From Macrostomum lignano (taxonomy: Eukaryota): a stretch of DNA of 64,000 nt. Every line of letters begins with the position of its first letter. The first letter of the stretch is position 1. The stretch covers positions 1 through 64,000 of the forward strand of contig NIVC01000193.1 of the NCBI GenBank assembly GCA_002269645.1, in the 5' to 3' direction. The notes under the pieces are model-generated. The model was not told the origin of the DNA. It saw only the letters and a list, made by a program, of their open reading frames with translations, and did no database searches. Below, one piece after another: positions 50,071-64,000 of the stretch. Position numbers and translations under genes: made by a program.

Positions 50071-50633
50071 TAAGGATAGAATACAAGAGTATATATATAT
50101 ATGGGAGAACAAAGGTAAAAGTGAGAAAGGAAAAGCAATGGAGAAAGAGGTCACAGAGAGAATCAAAGCAGTTCACGGAATTAGTGGAACAGGCTGCGCC
50201 GCTCTCCAACAAGGCCATGCATGTACCCACAGCGGTAGACTTCAATCGGCCGTGGACCCATAAGTCTCAGCTATATTTATTATAAGCAGTAGCCATTATT
50301 ATTTGAGTTTGAGTCCTCCCTGCCGTCCTGTGGTGCTAAAAATGGCTTTTGCAGGTGGGTGGGTCAGCGGGGGGGGGGAGGGTCGGGCAGCGGTCCCAGT
50401 AATTAATTTCCACGTTTGTTGAAAGAGAACATTTTCTTTCTGCCGATTATTTACCGACCCTGAATTCAATCTGTCGCGGCATTTTTACTTGTAGGTCGAA
50501 TAGAAAACTTAAACTTGTTCTCTGTATGTTACTCGTAGTTATAGCAAATATTATATTTTTTCGAATTGGTACTAACTGGTGATTTAATCTGATGAGCTCA
50601 TCCTTTATGCTTATTTTGCCAATAATAACCTGC

Positions 50634-51128
50634 TGTCTATGGCCAGAACTCTTAACCGCCCACAAATTCAACCCATACTCCGACAATTGTCTATGGCCAG
50701 AACTCTTAACCGCTCGCAAATTCAACCCATGCTCCGACAATTGTCTATGGCCAGAACTCTTAACCGCTCGCAAATTCAACCCATGCTCGGCAATTTTCTA
50801 TGGCCAGAACTCTTAACCGCTCACAAATTCAACCCATACTCCGACAATTGTCTATGGCCAGAACTCTTAACCGCTGGCAAATTCAACCCATACTCCGACA
50901 ATTGTCTATGGCCAGAACTCTTAACCGCTCGCAAATTCAACCCATGCTCGGCAATTGTCTATGGCCAGAACTATAAACCGCTCGCAAATTCAACCCATAC
51001 TCCGACAATTGTCTATGGCCAGAACTCTTAACCGCTGGCAAATTCAACCCATACTCGGCAATTGTCTATGGCCAGAACTCTTAACTGCTCACAAATTCAA
51101 CCCATGCTCGGCAATTGTCTATGGCCAA
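50634..51128. repeat. 54-bp minisatellite TGTCTATGGCCAGAACTCTTAACCGCTCGCAAATTCAACCCATACTCCGACAAT
   Basis: About 9-10 units; matches the 18-aa periodicity in the ORF track. Confidence 0.95.
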
Positions 51129-52289
51129 AGTCCTGTGTAGGGACAGCATTGAATTTAGGACATCGAGCAGTTGAATTCAGACTTAAAACGCTAATCCTAT
51201 TCAATGCTAGCTGCCTGTGCCATAGACGGTGTTTTGACCATAGACGAAAGTGGAAGCATTGCCAGTGTCTTAAAATGAATTCTATAATATACTATTGGTA
51301 TTGTACCATAGACAAAAATTCTGGTTACATTTTAGCCGGAATGAGGTGTGGGGCGAGGTCTCCCTCTCGACCATAGACTATTTAATTCTTTAAACCATCT
51401 CTCTAATCTCTAGAGACAGCTCGTAGATATTGGCAGAGCTTTTATTAACCATGGTGATTTTCTGCGAGACTAATAAAAGTGTGAAATTTTCTAGTCACAA
51501 CTCTGCACACTGGTCACGTGTCACGGGTAGGGGACAGGGGAGATCCCTACAGTGCGACTCCGCCCTTCAATGCCAGCCCCAATAAGCTAATCAAAGGCTG
51601 GGTGTCAAAGGCTCAAAGCTCAAACTTCAAAGCCTTGCATTTGGGTCAGCCATCGAGGTCTTGAATTGCGCAATGACAGCTCAAGCAGAAATTGTTTGCT
51701 TAACAACAAGGCACTAATTCCAGCTAGTAGCGGGTAGCCACGAAAAGTTCGGCTAATCAAAATAAATTTGAAGGCGCGCGGCCGACCTCGTCAAAAAATT
51801 CCAACTTTCAGTATAGATGACGTCACTCTTATTGATAAGCTGTCTCATTTGGTATTCGAACTTCTCACCTTTCTTATCCCAGCAACTAACGCAGCGGGTG
51901 TGAGGTGGGTGGGCAAACGCAACTCCCTGTCTCCGCGTCTTTCCTTGTGGCTAATCGGCCGTTTGTGATTGAGGAAGCACTGATGGAGCAGAAGAGACAG
52001 CGTGTGTGAGAGGGCGAGTGGACTCAGCGGCACTTGGTGACAACAACAGAATTTCAATGCTGATGGCATGCTAGCTGGATTTCTTTTCGCTGTTTGACAA
52101 AATCCATTTTTTTGACAACTCTGACAGGCAACTAAGACTCTCTCCAAAGTGATGGAACTCGGTGAGAGCACAGGCTGATGGACTAAAATGCAAAATTACA
52201 GAAGATGGTGAAATTTACAGATTTACTCTCCAATATCTGCCGACAGACGGAGAAGGGAGAGAAGTAATAGTAGAGAATAGAGAAAAGTG

Positions 52290-52577
52290 AAGCGAGAGAA
52301 GAGAAGCGAGAGAAGAGAAGCGAGAGGAGGGGAGAAGAGAGGAGATCAGAGGAGAGGAGAGGAGAGGAGAGGAGAGGAGAGGAGATCAGAGGAGAGGAGA
52401 GGAGAGGAGAGGAGAGGAGAGGAGAGGAGAGGAGAGGAGAGGAGAGGAGAGGAGAGGAGAGGAGAGAGAGAGGAGAGGAGAGGAGAGGAGAGGAGAGGAG
52501 AGGAGAGGAGAGGAGAGGAGAGGAGAGGAGAGGAGAGGAGAGGAGAGGAGAGGAGAGGAGAGGAGAGGAGAGGAGAA
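52290..52577. repeat. (GAGGA)n microsatellite
   Basis: Directly visible. Confidence 0.95.
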
Positions 52578-53311
52578 GTGGAGGCGATAGCCAAGTTTAG
52601 CCGATGGCATAAAGCCTTCAAAACCTACGGAAGCGGAGCGGAAGCAGAGACAACCTAACTGTCACGCAGGCTCCAGTCCAGAGGCGGTTAATTAGGTCAG
52701 CAGGGACTGCCCCAAGTCCCAGCCTGAGTCCAAGTTCCAACAATAATCCCTGAAGGCTCTGTCTGAAGCAGAATGAAACCAAGACCAACCAAGACTTTTC
52801 CCAACAAAGAGTTCTTCCTGCATAAGCAATGCCATTAATAATATATGATAAAATATGCACAACACAGAGATTTCTATTGCCAAAAATGATTGAATACTAA
52901 AATATAGGGATATAAATTGACAGACTGGTAAACCCTGTCTGACAGCTCTTTCTTCCTCTGCCATTAGAACACAGGGGATGCAGTCCCAGCTGACCTGGAT
53001 TTCAGTCAGCTCAAGAGATTATAAGCAGAATGAGCAGCAGACTCCAGACAGTCTGCAACAAGTTTCTTGTCTCAGTATGCATATCTGCTACTAAAAGGAA
53101 AAGCCGGAAGCAAATGGATAAAGAATAAAAGTAGCATTTTTTCAGAGTTTTTTCGAACGCTTTTTTAAATCAATTTTTTGAGGCAGGTTTTCTCTCATTC
53201 GATCTTAATCTCGCTACAGTCAAGTCAAGTCAAAATTATCCATCTTTTGGTCCGAACATTTCTTTGAAAATCTTGGATACCATTATTGAGTGATGGCTTT
53301 CCCACGCAAGC

Positions 53312-53906
53312 GCTTGCAATGGTGGGTTCAGCACGCCTGTGTAGTATGAGACGAGCCAAGGTCTGTGATTCCATCCTACACACCTGCACCCCCTCTATTC
53401 TGGTGCAGGAACTCTCCAAGCTGACTCACAAGCCGACCCAGGGGGTTCACGTCCCGCATGTGTTCAAGGCAGCTCTAGGGCTGCTGGACTGACTGGGCTC
53501 CAGCGGTGGCAACCCATCCGTGGCCTCGGCTTCTGTCTTGGCCGATTTGGGTACGGGTTCCGTCCGGAAGTGAACCTGTGCGTATCAGGTACCTCTGGCC
53601 ACGGCTCTGAGGAACAGGTATCACCCTCTGACCGTAACAGGGTATGCGGCCAGTCCGGAGGCTCCGGAGACAGCCTCTTGTCCCCCCTCAAGGGCCAAGT
53701 GTACCACTGCGCTGATGGTGCTTTGGTTCGGCCTCTGGTTTTTCCAAGCCGGGCTCTTAGCCGGGGAGTTTCACGGATGCTAGCGGTCGGGCCAGTAGGG
53801 GCTTAAGCCACCCCCCGGTCGCCACCTCTTGGCCTGGCTGTTGGGTTTGGGGCTACGGCCCAGCAGCTTCTCACCTCTAGTCTAGCTGAGTCAATTTCAA
53901 GTCAAG
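53312..53906 (+). mobile_element. About 595-bp insertion with 13-bp TSD and (TCAAG)n tail; probable truncated non-LTR retroelement or SINE-like element
   Basis: Direct repeat TTCCCACGCAAGC at 53299-53311 and 53907-53919; GC-rich interior; ends TTTCAAGTCAAG. Confidence 0.6.
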
Positions 53907-54929
53907 TTCCCACGCAAGCTCAGATAGTTATCATAAATTCGGTAATTATTTCTCATCCCTTTCCACCACTGAGATCCTTGATGCTCCTCTGAAAGCCTGA
54001 TTTGAATTTTGGTTGGCGCCGATTTCCAAATGATTGTTGGCGCCAATAGCCTAAAAACAATCCCTAATTTTTGGCACAACTGTTTGCCCACAGGGCGGGA
54101 AAGAATCTGAAAAAGCTACCCCTAGGGTTGACATTTGTGTAGGTCCAAACTGTGTCATTCAAATTATGTCAAGAGTTTGCGTCCTATCGACTTTGGCTGT
54201 TCTCAAGTATGTAGTTTGCGCAATTAAAAAAAGATAAATTTAACGTTTAAAATGCTTGAAACAATTAGTAATTGACCCACTTCAACTAATATAGACGCTC
54301 GACATTGGGAGGGAGTTTTAGTTTCTTGAACAACTTCACTCTTCTAGTGACTTTCACCCTCAGTCCTCCCCTGTGCCTTAAGGGCTGAACCGTCAGATTT
54401 ATATATAAGTGCCTGTCATTGTACAGTGTGAGTATAAACAGCTCATTATAAGTTATAATTATAAGTTATACTTATAATATACTATTATAAGTATATTCGA
54501 ATGACCATATAATAAAATAGAATTGTTTTAAAGGCAATGTTTAAAGATTTATGAAAACTGAGATTTCCCTGCAACTGCAGCATCTAAGTGGGTGCGATAG
54601 ACTATTTTAGTCATAGCAACTTTTTGGATTATTCCGACTCAGTTAATCCGTTGAAGCGACAGGCCTCAGATAAACGTGATTAAGCATAATGCGCCCTTTT
54701 GAATGCTTAATTATAATAATATTGAATCAATTTATTTGACAAAGCATGCAGAAGTGTTGAAATTATCTCAGATGTGCGTGAAGACACATTGACAGATGTA
54801 ACAACTGGCACACCTGTTGCAGTGGCGTGGATTTGCATATTGATTTGGTTTTATCCAATATTATCTGATAATTAATTTTCATCAGAGTTGTGCGGATTAA
54901 TGATTTTAGCCAATGCATGGTGTGTGCCT

Positions 54930-55365
54930 AGGCGTCATAGGATAGACAGGGCGTCATAGGATAGGCAGAGGCGTCATAGGATAGACAGTGGCGTCATAGG
55001 ATAGACAGAAGCGCCATAGGATAGACAGAAGCGCCATAGGATAGACAGAAGCGCCATAGGATAGACAGAAGCACCATAGGATAGACAGAAGCGCCATAGG
55101 ATAGACAGAAGCGCCATAGGATAGACAGAAGCGCCATAGGATAGACAGAAGCGCCATAGGATAGACAGAAGCGCCATAGGATAGACAGGGGCGTCATAGA
55201 ATAGACAGAGGCGTCATAGAATAGACAGAAGCGCCATAGAATAGACAGAGGCGTCATAGGATAGACAGGGGCACCATAGGATAGACAGGGGCGCCATAGG
55301 ATAGACAGGGGCGCCATAGGATAGACAGGGGCACCATAGGATAGACAGGGGCGCCATAGGATGAC
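54930..55365. repeat. 20-bp minisatellite GCGCCATAGGATAGACAGAA
   Basis: About 21 units. Confidence 0.95.
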
Positions 55366-55837
55366 AGAGGCCGCCAAGAGAAGCAATACGAGGAGAATTT
55401 GAACTCAATTACCAAACTCTGAAGCCAACAACAAATGGATTCTCATTGGCTGCTCAATCCGCTGCTCAAATTGAATCTCATTGGCTGTCAACTCGCGGGT
55501 GGCGGCAAAATTTTGAGCAATCCGACTGAGCCGCTCCGCCTGACCCCAACCTCCCCGCTTCTGGGATAAAAGTCTACCCCACAGGGATGAAGAACTGCCG
55601 GTATACCAGGTAACACTTAGCACAGCTTCTCAAATTCCACCCTTGAGTAAATAATTGGCTTAATATCTGCTGCATCAATTGTAAATTTCGTGAGGCTGTT
55701 CAGCCGCTCTGCGACACTGAAGTTAAAACTCTTTGAAAAGAAAGGTGAGCGCATTTACTATTAGTGTAAAGTATTCGTAACTGATTATTTGTCTCCTTTA
55801 TCTCTAGCTAAGCTTTGAAATCTTTGGGTCACAAACG

Positions 55838-56190
55838 CCCTCCCAGATCCTCAGTCGCTGGGCCAGCCTCCCAGATCCTCAGTTGCTGGGCCAGCCTCCC
55901 AGATCCTCAGTTGCTGGGCCAGCCTCCCAGATCCTCACTTGCTGTGCCAGCCTCCCGGATCCTCAGTTGCTGGGCCAGCCTCCCAGATCCTCAGTTTCTG
56001 TGCCAGCCTCCCGGATCCTCAGTTGCTGTGCCAGCCTCCCAGATCCTCAGTTGTTAGGCCAGCCTTCCAGATCCTCAGTTGTTAGGCCACTGCTTCCCAG
56101 ATCCTCAGTTGCTGGGCCAGCCTTCCAGATCCTCAGTTGCTGGGCCAGCCTTCCAGATCCTCAGGTGCTGGGCCAGCCTTCCAGATCCTC
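55838..56190. repeat. 28-bp minisatellite, same family as 31728-32893
   Basis: CCTCCCAGATCCTCAGTTGCTGGGCCAG units. Confidence 0.95.
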
Positions 56191-56999
56191 AGTTCCTCTT
56201 TAGGTTCTCAGATATAAGTTTCTTAAGTCCTTATACCTGTATAATTTGCGGTTAAACTATTTTTCTCAAAATATATACAATGTCCCGAATCCCGACGACT
56301 TCTGAAGGTCACACAGTCTCAGAGTCGCGAGCCAAATCGCTGAACACAGACAAATATAAGACAAGACAAATAAGAATGGACTTGTTATAATGAGCATCAT
56401 CACGCGCTTTACAACAAGTTACTAGATAAATCTAGTTTTATGACAACGGCTGGGGCTGGACCAGTTTATTAGTGTAGGAATATTTATTACAGTCAAGTCA
56501 TGCAGTTCCAGTTTTTTGAGAAGTTATGCTCCGATGGAGGGAATAGATATTGTTCAAGTTGGAGGGGAGGCAGTGGCCACGGGACTGCAGCGCAGCCTTA
56601 GGATATACCTGTTGTTGTCTCGTGAGGTCTGGGGATCCTGTCTGTGGTTCCGCAATCCTCTCTTGTTGCATTGGTATGTAATATGTATATACTGTGTATA
56701 TATATGTGTAATCGCGGGTTTTGCTAAACGGTCTCTCAGCTGCTCTACCAACCGGACATATTAATAATATAAAAAACACTATAAATACGAGTATGATGCA
56801 TATGCTGCATTGAACTCAGCACACTAAACCATATGTTTAAACTATGCATATATATAGCAAGCATTGTATATAGAGGGCCCAATTATTTAGAAGCTGAAGC
56901 AGTGATGCGGAACGAGCAAAAGGGGAGGATGCCAAACTCGGTGATTGTCCGGTTTTGTGAGACCTGCGTTGTCTGGAGTCTGGGGCGATGTCTGGAGCG

Positions 57000-58186
<1,187 letters not shown>

Positions 58187-60434
58187 TTGTCAACTCAAGG
58201 GTGCTCCGCATAGAACCCCCAAATTACTTTGCTAGCAATTTTAATCCTGTCATCCAATTTCAATCGATCCCTAAGCCCCGGGAGCACTGAAGCTTTTATA
58301 ATCTGTTTGCCAAGAGACCAGGCATTTACCATTAAACATCGCTATGGCAATATTCCCCATAAGCTTCTATTTATGCATTGCTTAGTTCCCCCTAGCGGCA
58401 TAATTTTAAGTCTTTCATTTTATAGAATCGAGGATAATTCTCAAAGCGTTACCTGGGATTCAGTGGAATTTAAACCTGTCCCCTACTGCCCTAATGGTCA
58501 CAGACAGACCGCGCCATGACCCATTTATTATATTTTAGCCGGCAGTTAAACATTAAAAGCTTGACCTGTGCTCAAATTATAGCACAGACCCCAAGGGGAG
58601 GGAGCATAGCCAGATAGGGAGAATTGACGGCAAGATTCGTGCTCCTATTTCGATTCTCAAATATTTCCCCGAATGGAGGTCCCCTGGACCAACAAGGCAG
58701 CTCCACGACCGTCTGTCGCAAAATTTTTTTTCAAATCGAGCAAAGTGTAGCCAACTTTGATTGATTGCTGGTTAAAGATTCTTGAAATCAAATTTTTGGT
58801 TATTCTTTACTTTGATCTATCAGGGTCGGAGTATTTTAACTGTTGGTTTTTAATATTCTGAGTCTGAAAATGCAGAAATGAGTTTTGTGATTTGTTTGTC
58901 CACATTTTTCAGCTATCTTCGTTCTATGCATGTACATGATTTGAGCAGACACCTGAAGTGCTCAACCCAGTTTGAGTTCTTACTTTAGCTGGCGGACAAG
59001 TTTGTTATCAGCGTGACATCTGTCGCTAAAATTTTTATTTTTATTTTTATCAGTTAGTGAGCCACATATTAAATCAGGCAAGTCAAAAACGGTACTGTCT
59101 GATACTCGTAACCAAAAGAAGTCCAGAAGTTACAGTAAGCCCCTCCCCCCCCCGGCAAAACTTCTTACTATTCGATTGAAGACCTTCTTGCGCAACTTTG
59201 CTTAGGGAAATTCTGTTACAAGAAAACTTCAGTTGCAGGCAAGGCACTCGCTATAAAGACTATTCGAAGTAATTTTTCTCAACATACTTCAAGAGCCTCG
59301 AGGAGACCAGGGAGAGATAGATATAGAGAGCATTCATTCATGTTTTATGAGCAGCAGTTGAAGATTCTGGCGCACATATAAGGGCCGGTAATGAAGTTAA
59401 AAGCTGTTAACTTCAGAGCTCCAGCCTCCGCGTAGGAATCTTCTTTCACTTCATCGCGGAGACGAGCAGAAAGAGAGACAGATGTGTGATCGCACAAGTG
59501 CCCGCCTCTCCAGTTTTTAATGATCAACTCAGCCAGTTTCCTCACACGTTAATTCTAGAAGAAGTCTGCCAGTTTCACTTCGGCAATAAAGAAATAATTA
59601 CCTGCATATGTGCTCTGCCTTTATCTTCTTTTTCGTCTTCTTGCTGGCCTTGGCCGGATATTTTTTATCACTTTACAGCACGCACGGATTTCTTATAATG
59701 TCAGACTCTCCCTCCTCTGCTTTTTGCTCTTCTGCTTTTGGCCCAAAGCTCAAAAGAGAGAGAGAGTGGGTCTGAGAGGGCATCCTTCTTTGTGCTGATG
59801 TCTATGGCCAAACTATCAACTTGGCTGCCTTTTTCGGTCCCTGTCTATATGTCTATGGCCAAAACCGAATCTACTGGCGCCAAAATGGCAATTCTCGACT
59901 TGGCTGACAAAAGCAATGTACCCTGGTATGCTCTAAAAAATGGAGTTTTGCCATAGACGAAATCGGTCAAGTAAAGTTAAACGTCCTTCTAATAATTCAG
60001 AGCTGGGTTTCCAATCCATATTTACAATTTTAAGTGTCCATGAGCCGTGTGTTTATAAAAGCTGTTGCTTATCTGCTATAGGATCTCGAGTCAGATGAGG
60101 ACAGCGCCCCCCCATTAATAGGGCTATTTATATGCCGGCAAAGCATAAAAATGAGACAAAGGGACAATTGATAAAACACTTCGGGTGCAGTCAAGTCCAG
60201 GGTCCTTCACTCCTAATTGAACTTTTGCACTTTTTTTAAGTTGAGCATAAAAATAATAAAGTATGATGAAGAGAGCAATCATACAGTTGAATGCGTATTT
60301 GACATCATAAATTCATATAAAAACTTGGCTTCCTTGTAAAACACCCTCATGACCTCCCTTAACTCAGTCCAATGCTCGACTCTCACGATCCCCTATTCTT
60401 GTCTTACCTTTGACCTAATTCTACAGATCTCGCA

Positions 60435-60860
60435 GGTCCCAGATCCCCAACTCCCAGATCCCCAACTCCCAGATCCCCAACTCCCAGATCCCCAACTCCC
60501 AGATCCCCAACTCCCAGATCCCCACCTCCCAGATCCCCAAGTCCCAAATCCTCAACTCCCAGATCCCCAACTCCCAGATCCCCAACTCCCAGATCCCCAA
60601 CTCCCACGATCCCCAACTCCCAGATCCCCAACTCCCAGATCCCAACTCCCAGATCCCCAACTCTCAGATCCCCAACTCCCAGATCCTCAACTTCCATGAT
60701 CCCCAATTCCCAGATCCCCAATTCCCAGATCCCCACCTCTCAGATTCCCAACTCCCAGATCCCCAAGTCCCATATCCCTAACTCCCAGATCCCACCTCTC
60801 AGATTCCCAGCTCCCACATCCCCAATTCCCAGATCCCAAATTCCCAGATCTCCAACATCC
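60435..60860. repeat. 15-bp minisatellite CCCAGATCCCCAACT
   Basis: About 28 units directly upstream of the NeuroD exon acceptor at 60896. Confidence 0.93.
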
Positions 60861-60905
60861 CAAATTGCATTTCTTCATCACCCCCTGATCCCGCAGGCAA
60901 GCCGC

Positions 60906-61581
60906 ATGACAACAGCCACCGCCAGCTCGATGAAGTGTGAGCAGTCCGCAGAAGCTGGAAGCTCCGGCACAGCAGCCGACCCGTCAGCGGCCCAGACCGC
61001 CTCTGGCAAGGTGCCAAAGAAGCGCGGCCCCAAGAAGAAGCAGATGACGCCAGAGCGAGTGGCCAAGCTGAAGCTCCGGCGGGTTCGAGCGAACGCACGC
61101 GAACGCAGTCGAATGCACGGCCTAAACGAGGCGCTCGACAACCTGCGCCAGTACATCCCCTGCTTCTCGCAGTCTCAAAAGCTGAGCAAGATCGAGACTC
61201 TGAGACTGTCCAGGAACTACATCGCGGCACTCAGCGACATTCTGAGGCGGGGCGAGCAGCCGGACCCGCTGGCCTTTGCCAGAGCTCTGACGGACGGCTT
61301 GTCGCAGGGAACCGCCAATCTGGTTGCGGGTCGCTGCAGGTCAACCCGCGGCTGCTGCTGGCCGCGCAGGATCGGGAGGGATCGGCGGAACCGCCACACC
61401 CGCCGTCACTGCCGCTGCCGACGCCCCCGCCGCCGCCTCCGCCACCTCAGCAGCAGCAGCGCCAGGCCAGTCACGTGACTTCTGCAGCATTCGGACATTC
61501 ATCTGCAGTGTTCGGACATCAGCATGAGGGGCGGAACATTGGTTATGACTTCTACAGTGATGGATTTGCCGGCGGTTACTT

Positions 61582-61616
<35 letters not shown>

Positions 61617-61807
61617 TGTCGCTGCACTACCCATCGCATCACCCTCTGAGTGGAGGATATTGCTACGATGAGGGCAACATCAGCAGCGGCAGCAGCAGCA
61701 ATAGCAGTCTTCTAGGAGGAACAGACCATCTGGGAGCTAGTCTTCAACTAACTGCTGTAATTGATGAGTGCGATGAGCTGCTGAAATCAGCTAATGAGTT
61801 TGAGTAG
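60906..61807 (+). CDS. NEUROD: NeuroD-family bHLH transcription factor, about 300 aa after correcting a 1-nt frameshift at about 61330
   Basis: [76 protein letters not shown], then the NeuroD-specific [23 protein letters not shown] spanning the frameshift; Pro/Gln-rich C-terminus; stop at 61807. An upstream coding exon cannot be excluded. Confidence 0.93.
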
Positions 61808-62485
61808 AATTCTCTCTCAAGTCTCTTTGTCTGACTGAAGTATTAAAATTTGTTATTTATTTTCTGAGAAATGCTGTCCCGTTGCGCCACAGCAGCAATG
61901 CTATCTGTTTGCAATTAGGCAAATCTTAATTCAAGTTGCGACCCTGTTCTATCGGCAAACAACAAAACTTGATGAATTGTCGCAACTTTGAGCAAAATAT
62001 TTCGTTGTGGCTACTGAATTTGATTGTTGTCAGTAGTGCAGTTGGATTGATGTCAGTTAATATTATTTCCATTTGTGTCCCTATCTCGCTTGAAATCATT
62101 GTATATTTATTTTGATACAATCCTGTTAGCGCATATTTTTCATTGCTATAATGCTATTCTGCAGTAAAAATTATTTGTATGTACATTTCAATGAGCTGCT
62201 TGAACTTCACACTTTGAAAACTCCGATTAAAAACTGTACATAATGGATAATAAAATCACAAAGCGACTAATACAATTTTTTGTGTATGAAAACAATATAC
62301 ATGTGATTCTTTTAACTCAGAGCGTCAGTGCCGAAATGAAAGCTCACAATATAATTACACAATGTATAATAATTGCAGAAATTTTTAACTACCAAATTAC
62401 ATTTGCTGGTAAAACTGCGGAAATCTAACATCAGTGAAATATAAGCTCTGGAGCAAGCCTCCTTTAATAGCGGACTTCAGCAGGA

Positions 62486-64000
<1,515 letters not shown>

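Noticed and set aside
44060-52860. Scattered GC-rich islands between repeats (44.1-44.5, 46.8-47.1, 50.2, 51.8-52.1 and 52.6-52.8 kb) as exons of a gene
   Set aside because: No recognisable domain or consistent splice chain in any frame.
53380-53480. HDV-like ribozyme suggested by GGG-TTCACGT-CCC (CPEB3-like L3)
   Set aside because: No convincing P1, P1.1 or P2 pairing found by eye.

Overview
Animal genomic DNA, extremely rich in micro- and minisatellites. GC-rich exons with minisatellite-filled introns resemble a Macrostomum-type flatworm assembly (inference). Contents in order: (1) two 5'-truncated, mutually diverged Penelope-like retroelements (PLEs) embedded in CT tracts, each with a minimal hammerhead ribozyme; (2) an LRRC74-like LRR + EF-hand gene (+); (3) an intronless DEG/ENaC channel gene (-); (4) a weak orphan gene fragment, a hAT-like MITE and an orphan Spin/Ssty Tudor-like exon; (5) a complete 12-exon alpha-spectrin gene (+, about 2427 aa); (6) a gene-poor repeat stretch with a TSD-flanked insertion; (7) a NeuroD-family bHLH gene between inverted GATA arrays. 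Best leads: the PLE ORF carries its thumb-linker motif after the GIY-YIG nuclease instead of before it, and both copies end in a conserved terminus running into CT tracts; one LRR-gene intron holds 41 tandem units, 40 of them YAG|GTRAG recursive-splice-like sites; and spectrin exon 11 (symmetric, 582 nt) is flanked by reverse-complementary minisatellite arrays. Single-base deletions, several in homopolymers, occur in the PLE, LRR and NeuroD frames and suggest long-read consensus errors. All protein assignments are from manual motif recognition; no searches were run.
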